DNA from: an uncultured Nitrososphaeraceae archaeon
GTDB lineage: Archaea > Thermoproteota > Nitrososphaeria > Nitrososphaerales > Nitrososphaeraceae
Length of the DNA stretch: 16,308 bases
Assembly (NCBI GenBank): GCA_963825865.1
Contig: CAWGVG010000019.1
Location: forward strand, 1 to 16,308
Direction: 5' to 3'
A program made the position numbers and the translations under genes. Below the pieces are notes generated by a model. It was not told where the DNA came from. It saw only the letters and a list, made by a program, of their open reading frames with translations, and searched no databases. Positions 8,661 through 16,308 of the stretch are shown here, piece after piece (position 1 is the first letter of the stretch; every line of letters begins with the position of its first letter).

Positions 8661-9342
8661 ATGCATCATAATACATTTGCAGATGACCTAAAACAATCTT
8701 GTATAGATACCTGGAATAAAATTCTAAATCATCAATTCTTAATTGAAATTTCTACCAATGCTCTGCCGATAGGCAAATTCATATTTTATCTAAAACAAGA
8801 CCGCATTTTTCTCATTGAATTCTGTAGTTTTTTGCAAGCTGTAAAACAAAAGTTTCATGATGATGTTCATCTAGCAGAGTTGTTTGATAAGCTATTGTGC
8901 AGTACAATTAATTTTGAAATGCAAATGCAAAATCAGAATCCTTAATTCCCTTGGAATATCGCCAGATTCAAGTCTTAATAGTATACCAAGCACAACTACC
9001 TTAAGCTATACTTCCTATCTAAGAAATGCATCATTATTATCATCAGCAGCAGACAATATGGGCAAAATTGTGTCAGCTATGGCGCCATGCCCTTGGACAT
9101 ATCTCGAAATAGCTGAAAAATTGTCAAGGTATGATATAGAAAATGACACATATAGAATGTGGGTGCAGTTCTATCCCTCTCGTGAATCATATATACAAGT
9201 AGAAGATCTAAAAAAGATTCTATGTGCTTTGGCTAAGGAAGCAAGTAACAAAGATAAGTTAGTAATGAAAAGATATTTTGCCATTGCTTGTAATTATGAA
9301 TTACTTTTTTGGGACATGGCTTATAATAGCACTACCACCTAA
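8661..9342 (+). pseudogene. tenA: Thiaminase II / aminopyrimidine aminohydrolase TenA, single frameshift
   Basis: ILNHQFLIEI...KFIFYLKQDRIFL (8661..8945) joins YTSYL, MAPCPWTYLEIA (catalytic Cys), YRMWVQFY and YELLFWDMAY (8884..9342 frame) through a frameshift near 8935-8945. Confidence 0.9.
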
Positions 9343-9565
9343 ACAAATAGGACGAACAGACATTTATGGTTGAACATATGCCACAAATCCCATTAAATAT
9401 TCATAGAAACAGAATTAACAGACAATAAGTCGTACTTACATAAGGTTGCTGATGATATTGTAAGATAGTCATGCTCTATAAAGCAGTTTATTTTACTATT
9501 TTACATAAGGAGTTGTATACAACAAAAATTGTATCAGTTTACATGCGTATGTTGAAACTAGCCAG

Positions 9566-9829
9566 CTAGCTGACTGGATAGATATCAGTAATATTAGCAG
9601 TAGGCGACGGCAATTTCTTTCCAATATATTTTTTCTTTAATTTCTTAGAATTGCAATCCCAAATATATGCATAATAATATTTGTGTGTATTATGCTTGCA
9701 ATCTTTACCGCACTTTACCTTTTCACATCTTATCGTGCAATTCTGCGGTAAATTTAGTTTCTCTTTGACCTTTTCTTCTTGATCATAGAGCGTATAGAAC
9801 GTATTGCATTTGGAGAATTCTTGTACCAT
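9566..9829 (-). CDS. Small basic protein with CGK-C-H-YYYAY-W-KLKKKYIGK motif (DUF6788-like putative nucleic-acid-binding family)
   Basis: IRCEKVKCGKDCKHNTHKYYYAYIWDCNSKKLKKKYIGKKLP. The ATG at 9829 (MVQEF) avoids overlap with the opposite ORF; an upstream ATG exists at 9859. Confidence 0.7.
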   Translation of the reverse strand: MVQEFSKCNTFYTLYDQEEKVKEKLNLPQNCTIRCEKVKCGKDCKHNTHKYYYAYIWDCNSKKLKKKYIGKKLPSPTANITDIYPVS

Positions 9830-9840
9830 ATTTAATAAAT

Positions 9841-10053
9841 GTGAGAAGGGTATCGTCATCAGAAGAATCTTATTCTGTAGTAAAGAATTGGTTAGATAAA
9901 TGCAACAAATTGCAAAGACTGAACTTTGATGCCAAGGTAAAGATAAAAGAAGGTCTTAAGGGCGCAAGCAAGGGATATTTTCCAATCAGTCTGGAGAAAT
10001 TAAAGGAAGACAATAAAGAATTGTATGATATAGTTGTAAATGAGTTTAGTTAG
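9841..10053 (+). CDS. Hypothetical protein, probably a C-terminal fragment
   Basis: 70-aa charged ORF with a GTG start and almost no room for a promoter between it and the divergent gene. Confidence 0.4.
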   Translation: MRRVSSSEESYSVVKNWLDKCNKLQRLNFDAKVKIKEGLKGASKGYFPISLEKLKEDNKELYDIVVNEFS

Positions 10054-10333
10054 AATCTGAATGGAAGTTTTTAAAATCATGACATTTCTTTGCATCATTA
10101 TGTCTTCCTAAGTATTGAAGAGCATTCCCTTTGTTATTCCATGCAAGAATATAATTTCAATATAGCTCTATAGCCTTATCAAAATACTTTATAGCTTCCT
10201 CATATTTTTTTTCAAAAACACTAAGCTCTAAACCTTTGCTATTCCATGCATAAACATCATTTCAATATAGCTCCAAAACTTTGTCATAGCATTTTGTAGC
10301 TTCATTATCTCTTCCTAAATTATGAAGAGAGAG
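10046..10333 (-). pseudogene. Tetratricopeptide-repeat protein, 3' remnant
   Basis: LSLHNLGRDNEATKCYDKVLELY*NDVYAWNSKGLELSVFEKKYEEAIKYFDKAIELY*NYILAWNNKGNALQYLGRHNDAKKCHD: archaeal TPR consensus (AWxNKG..L..LG...EA...YDKA.EL). Absent from the ORF track because of TGA at 10262-10264 and 10157-10159. Confidence 0.88.
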
Positions 10334-10361
10334 TAGATTTTTTTACAAAAGTTATCACATA

Positions 10362-10607
10362 ATGTGTAAAAGAAAGCAAACATTCAACAATATTGCAACA
10401 GAACTACAAACTAGATTTCCACACAACCATCGCGGTCAGATAGGTGGACGAGATAAGGCACACAATGTACTTACTATGACCATAATGTGTTCACTCTGGT
10501 GTGGATGGCTTTCACAAGCAAAAACTAATAGAAATGCCTACACACAAGGATGGGTGGATAGTTTAAAAAAAGTAATAACCGATGCTTTTGAAATTGGCCA
10601 AGAATAA
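10362..10607 (+). CDS. Hypothetical protein or gene fragment
   Basis: 81-aa ATG-started ORF with a plausible amphipathic C-terminal helix. No family recognised. Confidence 0.35.
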   Translation: MCKRKQTFNNIATELQTRFPHNHRGQIGGRDKAHNVLTMTIMCSLWCGWLSQAKTNRNAYTQGWVDSLKKVITDAFEIGQE

Positions 10608-11250
10608 TCGGTCCAGAGACCTTAAGTAATGTAATTAGAACTGATATATTCAGTGATTCTAAATAGTTGGTGGAGTGAAGAAAATTCTAACACCGGTCGT
10701 TACAAAGTCCTATTTATTGAACCTACGATAAAGTGCTATTATATTATTGCATACTCTGCTGTTCTAACTTAATCTTCCTACATTACCTAGGAATATGTGA
10801 GGGACTCCAAGGCTGGCTTTAATTTCTTCTTGTTCTGTTAGTTTTGCAAAAGCATAACCTCCCGAGCCTAACAATTTCTTTTCTTCCAGATCTTCGTTTT
10901 GAGCCAGTTCTATTTGATATCATCTAACGAATTATTGAATTGTTCCAATTATTCAAAGAAGCTTTATCATGGGTTATTAACTACTCCTTAATAGAGGAGA
11001 TATTATCTGTAACCAATATGGTCTTATTTACAATCACGGGCAGACTCAATTGTCAGTACAAACTTTTTTGCTGATTCTCTTCCATAGTTTCCTACAAATC
11101 ATTAAAGGATGGATATCACATTCCTCTAAAATCTCGGCCTGGTTAGGATCATAGTTGTTCTTCTTGACAAAAGATGGGAACTGATAGAAGGAGGGGAATG
11201 CGATATCATGTTTGTCCCTGAATTAAGTTTCTGAAAGACTGTCCTTTCAG

Positions 11251-12333
11251 TTATTTAGAAGATTTACCTAATAAAATTTCAATTACTGTAATTGCTACAG
11301 GAATAATTGCTGCAAATTTCCCCCAAGTTTCTATTTTGCCACTCAATGGTTCTTTCACCAAGAACGGTTCTTCATCTTCCAAAAAAGTTGAGATATCTTA
11401 CTGCCTTTAATTTGTCATTCTCATCTTTAAAAGCACTGTCCAATAAATCTATCAGATCCTTTTTTTTCTATAGGAGAATGAGAAATTATTTTGGAATAAA
11501 GACTCTTAAATCTCGAATCTGGAGGTTTATACTCCTTCGAAGGTAAATATTATATGAGTTTAATCCTAGTATCAAGTAATTTGTTTTCTCAATGATGTCT
11601 TTTTTTTCTGAAATAACTTCATCTGAAATAATTTTGATGCATGCCTGTGCAAAATAAAATCTAAATTCCTTTTTTATAGACAAAAGAGCAAAGAAAACAA
11701 GGACAGGATAAATAGCCATAATCAGTATAAAATCCATTAAAATGATTTTATGTAAAAACATGATAAAACCTTCTAAAACTTCTTTTATAGGTATTGATTT
11801 AGAATATTCTTCTTTTAAAAGAGCAGGGGACATACAATTTTGATTCTTTGAAACAACTAGAGGGCATATATAATAAATGCCCGTATAATAAATAATAATA
11901 AAAATAATGAAGAGAGAAATTTCAGCATAGAGCGTCTTCTTAATGAGTTCGTATTTAACAACTGGTTTTTCATATCCTCCACTTTTAAAATAACGTTTAG
12001 GAGAATAATAATATGAGTAATATTGCGAATAATACGAAAATGGATGTATAAAACTGTTTAAAAAATTTTTAGGAGAATAAGAATATCCATAATACTCCTT
12101 CATGGGTCATCGAGGAGATATTTGAACACTAACGCAGTCTGTATAAAGCCTAGGCCAAGAATAATATAATAAATGGGATAAGTGGGATTAAGAATTGCAG
12201 GTATTATATGTTCTAGATCAGGGTCAACGCTTACTGGAATAATTGGAAAAATGAGTGCCACTATAATAACAACCGCTGGAATCAGAATTTGTATAACTAT
12301 TGGTGATAATATGGCGCGATTCACATTCATCAT
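11251..12333 (-). pseudogene. Multi-pass membrane protein split over at least three frames
   Basis: 12100..12333 (two TM segments) overlaps 11486..12103 (Tyr-rich loop, two TM segments, KKEFRFYFAQAC...LGLNSYNIYL). The reading continues in shifted frames as KIISHSPIEKKDLIDLLDSAFKDENDKLKAVRYL and EPFLVKEPLSGKIETWGKFAAIIPVAITVIEILLGKSSK* (stop 11251-11253). Confidence 0.7.
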
Positions 12334-12928
12334 CTAATATTGAAACATTTATTAAAATAGTAGTTTGGAAAAGCAGCGATATTCTACTTGATCTGTCCAT
12401 TTGATTGATTATGCATCATACCGATGGTCAGCATACGTGAGTTCCTAGCATTTTCTGTACAAGCTGTACAGGTAACATTAGAGAAATCAGTGAATACGGC
12501 AGCTCTGTTGTTATAGAGACAAATAGCGGGCAGCCAAATCAGCTAAGGCGTTTTCCTGTTATGCTGCCTCAAAACTGATGTTGATTTAACAAAAAGAGAA
12601 CTGGGATCAATTGATTTCATTCACCGTTTGTGACTTATGAAAATCTTTTTTTATTTTCATAAAGTAATATTATTTTCATCTGTCAAGTTGCTTCATAATA
12701 GTAAATATCACTTCCTTTAGGGAAAATGGCTTTTGAATAAATCCGTCAATTTTCAAAGAAGATGATAAACGCGTATAGACCGGGTCATCGATATTAGTCA
12801 TCTTTGCGCAAGTATCAAAATAGCTTTAATTAATCAATGTCAATGTCTACACCAACCCTTATCTCCATCTCTAAATTCTGTACAACTATGTGGCTGATGT
12901 AGTCATCAGCAACTACACTAAGTTCCTA

Positions 12929-12949
12929 ATTGACACTTTATTGACACTT
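12929..12949 (+). repeat. Tandem 11-bp direct repeat ATTGACACTTT, copy 1
   Basis: attgacacttt attgacactt, a few bases before a TTG start at 12954. Confidence 0.75.
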
Positions 12950-12953
12950 AGAA

Positions 12954-13100
12954 TTGACTAACCAAACTTTCACAAGGTACAATCAGAGCACAGCTAGACT
13001 AATAGCAGGCAAGCTGAATCCTGGCTACACAGCTGAAGAGATCCATGACAAAGTTACCAAATACGAAGCGATGAACAGCATTGAAGATATTTTCGGATGA
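12954..13100 (+). pseudogene. Truncated HTH-protein paralog (48 aa)
   Basis: LTNQTFTRYNQSTARLIAGKLNPGYTAEEIHDK... aligns by eye with the 13586-13770 remnant (NAITTQIIVDKLSQGYTDSEILAQ) and diverges before the recognition helix. Confidence 0.5.
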
Positions 13101-13258
13101 ACCAGATAACCAATCGTTTTTTCTACGTATCATTGGGTCCTATCCCTAAATATTTATTATTTTATTGACAACGATGAAGTTTATTCTTGTAATATCCAAG
13201 AGATAAATTAGAGGAAATGCATTTTAAACTTATTTAATCTAACACGGCGGATTAACTA

Positions 13259-13468
13259 ATGATCTCTGGTGGTTTTTTAAAAAGACTAAAGGCAAGAGAT
13301 TTCAAGATGTGCAAATGCGGCCATACAAGATTCTGGCACGAAGGAAAATGTTTGATGTCAATGCAAAATGGTGAAGGAAACGAAGAGGTCTTTGATGATT
13401 GTTGCCAATGCGTTGAATTTCAACTTGTAAAATCCATCGTACCAAAACTAGCTAAAAGGAGTAGGTAG
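13259..13468 (+). CDS. Small Cys/His-rich putative zinc-binding protein
   Basis: CKCGHTRFWH..KC...CCQCVEF gives a CxCGHx4H-C-CxCxxF pattern. Intact 69 aa, with TA-rich TATA-like sequence about 25-35 nt upstream. Confidence 0.7.
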   Translation: MISGGFLKRLKARDFKMCKCGHTRFWHEGKCLMSMQNGEGNEEVFDDCCQCVEFQLVKSIVPKLAKRSR

Positions 13469-13564
13469 TAGGGCAAGGGGTAAAATACGAACATATCAAA
13501 TGCGGCAGAAATACACGGGCTAGCAAACAACAAAGGTTAATACTGGTGAATAATTCCTTAGCTT

Positions 13565-13585
13565 ATTGACACTTTATAAACACTT
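13565..13585 (+). repeat. Tandem 11-bp direct repeat ATTGACACTTT, copy 2 (second unit degenerate)
   Basis: attgacacttt ataaacactt, immediately before a TTG at 13586. Confidence 0.65.
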
Positions 13586-13770
13586 TTGAAATCCAATACG
13601 ACTAAACACCACCTAAAGTAATGCGATAACAACTCAAATAATAGTAGACAAACTTAGCCCAAGGCTATACTGACTCTGAAATATTGGCACAATTGCCACA
13701 GGAAATGAGCCGTAGAACCTACTACCGCTACAAGCAAAAGTGTTTGAACAATTCGGGAAATAAGAGATAA
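13586..13770 (+). pseudogene. Helix-turn-helix protein remnant
   Basis: LKSNTTKHHLK/NAITTQIIVDKLS/QGYTDSEILAQLPQEMSRRTYYRYKQK: the GYTxxEI...SRRTYYRY pattern is HTH-like. Frameshifts near 13619 and 13659. Confidence 0.6.
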
Positions 13771-14070
13771 AGACGATAATACTATGGAGGTCGAAGCACA
13801 CATTCTAAAAGACTGCAATGTTAGACTATTTTGCAATTTAGAATTAAAACTAATGATGCAATCAAAACTTCGAGTTTTTTATGGTAGTTTATGACCTCTT
13901 CTTTCCTTTTGGCCTACGAGAATGACCCAGGCGTAAAGCAGGAAAAGGCAACCAGGAATAGAACAACCAAAGCATTACTAGAAGATCCCTTTAAGTGTAG
14001 TAGATACAGGGTCCTAGAAGGTGCAAAATAAGCAAGTTTTTTCTATGACAAATATTAAGTAAAGATTGTA

Positions 14071-15511
14071 TTGGATTCAGAGTCGTCAGAAAGAGATAAA
14101 AGAAAACTTATCGAATTCTTTAGTGAGGCTTGGAACGTTTTTAATTATATTCAAAAAGATGACAACATTCAGAACGATACATACATTATACAAAAAGATC
14201 TTCTTAATAAAATAAATAATGTGTTTAAAAAACTAAAAACAATTACAGGTACACGTGAATTTGTTTCAGAACAAGACCTTCTTGATATGCTTATTGCCTT
14301 AGCAAGAGGAAGGCCAGGAGCTATTCGTTATGATTTTCTGAAATATATGGTTGATGATAATAGTTTATTTGCAACAAGAAATTCATTTATTGAGAAGTTA
14401 GGAGCGTTTGATTTCGCGGCTCCGTCATCTATTTTAATATCGACTATATTGTCGAGCCTATGATTCACACATATTATTTTAAGCTAGGTACGGCTCAGAA
14501 CTTTCCGATAGGATTTAAGATAGGTACAGGACAATTATATCCTTTTAGTGCATTACCATTAACCGCTCAAAAAGATATTGAAGCAATGAGGGAAGCGACT
14601 CGGAAAGCCATGAATACATCTCCATTACTGCTCGTGGCAATGGCTTAGATGAGTGGTTTATCGTATTAGAAGTTAAAGCTATACCCAGATATGGAGCAAA
14701 GAAGGCGAAGAAGAATCAGATAAACAAGTCAAAAATAATTTAAATATTATAAAGCTATTTTATCGTATTTCCGAGTCATCGATTCTCCTTTTTATACTAC
14801 CACCTTAATTGAACGTTATTTCGACGTAACTGATGCTAAAAAACCATTTGTAGCCAAAGGTTATACTAACCCCCATCCCAAGACTTTTTTTTATCACATT
14901 TGCTAGAGATCCTTCGCTCGATAGCGTGATTCATGAGATTAATACTATAATCGCTAAGGGCAATGAAATCACAGATCTGGAGGCCCGCATACTGAATGCA
15001 ATAGAAATATTTGGCATGATAGATGACTCAACGCCATTGCATGTTAGATTTATGCTTTGCATTCTATCTTTAGAAGGATTACTTCTTTCAAAAAGAGATG
15101 AAAGATTATTTGAGATGGAAGCTTTCAGAAAAAATTGCATTTTTAATAGGCGATTCTAAAGAGTGGTTTATTCGCTTTTACAAGCTTGAAGATGCTGATG
15201 AAAGCGTTCTAACCAAGCAATATGCATTAAAAGGATTATCTGAAGCAAGAATCGCCCTAACAAAAAGGTTCAGGAACTATATGACAAGATCTGGCTTTAC
15301 CCATAGAGGAATATCAAAAAAGAAGAAAATGAGATAGTCTATGACGACTATGAGCAGATATGGTTTATTTTGAGATATTGCATATCCGGGTTATTGCAAC
15401 TACAACGAAGTGGTATTATATCAAGTATCGCAAAAAATTGAGTCCAATCAAAATCTTGATGGATACATTGAAAAGTTAAAGTATGGCGGCAGCTCTCAAG
15501 GCTTAGAATAA
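14071..15511 (+). pseudogene. Apea-like HEPN-domain protein (predicted RNase), multiply frameshifted
   Basis: ORFs 14071..14463, 14460..14648, 14926..15159 and 15098..15337 plus a tail ending NLDGYIEKLKYGGSSQGLE* read as one gene. Hallmarks: RILNAIEIFG, RFMLCILSLEGLL, KLSEKIAFLIG, and ELYD/RSGFTH (Rx4H at 15287-15304). Confidence 0.75.
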
Positions 15512-15885
15512 GCTGTTTCAAAGGTCGTAAGATAATTCACACTACTAACCACAATAATTATTCACCTGAGGTCATCCTTCAGATCTACAAGATGTATTGA
15601 CTATGGCCAGCACTGCTGAACATTCTACTTATCAATATTTTGGAACGTCTATAACTTCTACTTATCGTATAAGAAGTGAAATAATGATATGCATATGGCA
15701 ACATCCTAACAAGACACTTCAGCCGATATTTTATCTATAAAAGATGGAAAACCTACAATGTCCATGTCTGTTAGGACATTGTTAAACTGGTCAAATCAAT
15801 GCAAAGGTTACAATTACAACAACAACAAGAATAACAGCAGTAGTGAAACCAAAGAAGTTGTTTATCATTAAAAAATTAAATAGAA

Positions 15886-16147
15886 ATGACAATTGGGATA
15901 CTATCAGCCTTTATGACGAAAATAACACGTTCAGGGTGAAGCAAGATTTGAATCAAAAAAAGAAGCTGAGGATTATATCATGATATACAAAGACAGAATC
16001 AACAACAAGCATCTAAATGTTGCTGAAGAAAAATCCAAAACTAGGCTAAAGTTGCACGTATTTGAGTTAGGTGACAAATCCATGATTGAAGAGAAAAAGA
16101 GAAAATACGGCCGCTCTTACTATCACAATATCAGCCCGCTTTCATAA
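15886..16147 (+). pseudogene. Hypothetical protein remnant
   Basis: HVQGEARFESKKEAEDYIMIYKDRINNKHLNVAEEKSKTRLKLHVFELGDKSMIEEKKRKYGRSYYHNISPLS* is protein-like, but its 5' part contains stops and the ATG at 15886 is in another frame. Confidence 0.4.
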
Positions 16148-16308
16148 TAATAAACCAAGAAGTGACTACTACTACTGGAATAATGTCGGCCTTCTCTCTC
16201 CATGAAAATCCTTCTAGAAAAAATTTTGGATATTAGTTGATTATTACCTTTTACGTCTCACTAACAATAGCCATATTGTGCTAACCTATCCTAATATGTA
16301 TGATTTTC

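Noticed and set aside
1497-10264. Genome-wide stop-codon recoding (Sec, Pyl or alternative code) explaining in-frame stops
   Set aside because: The internal stops are of all three types (TAG, TGA, TAA), replace different residues, and mostly co-occur with frameshifts. TGA and TAG also end apparently normal ORFs.
12530-13950. Possible structured RNAs at about 12530-12570 (GGCAGC...GCTGCC) and about 13900-13946
   Set aside because: The stems are only about 6 bp, with no recognisable family motif or covariation evidence.
11307-15140. ORFs 11307..11546, 13654..13836 and 14931..15140
   Set aside because: Each is antisense to a better-supported pseudogene (membrane protein, HTH, HEPN).
1-16308. 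CRISPR array, rRNA or tRNA genes
   Set aside because: No regularly spaced 24-40 bp repeats and no GC-rich structured-RNA segment were seen.

Overview
AT-rich accessory region whose gene families and sequence style point (by inference) to a soil ammonia-oxidising archaeon (Nitrososphaeraceae/Thaumarchaeota). Most genes here are decayed. The only clearly intact long gene is an IS5-family transposase with well-preserved terminal inverted repeats (6307-7352). Around it are decayed or truncated remnants of a histidine-kinase ATPase domain, a ChrB/ChrF chromate-resistance protein, a tyrosine-integrase N-terminus, two more transposases, a secreted prealbumin-fold protein, two divergent TenA genes, a TPR protein, a membrane protein and an Apea-like HEPN nuclease. 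Several tiny Cys-rich proteins are also present, some missing from the ORF track. No rRNA, tRNA or CRISPR array was seen, and I cannot support an intact novel multi-gene system. The most unusual signals are (i) two paralogous HTH-gene modules each preceded by the same TTGACACTTTA tandem repeat, (ii) a TPR remnant with a TGA at the identical position and context in consecutive repeats, (iii) a cluster of Cys-rich mini-proteins around the chromate gene and (iv) the decayed HEPN gene. Family assignments come from motif recognition, not database searches.
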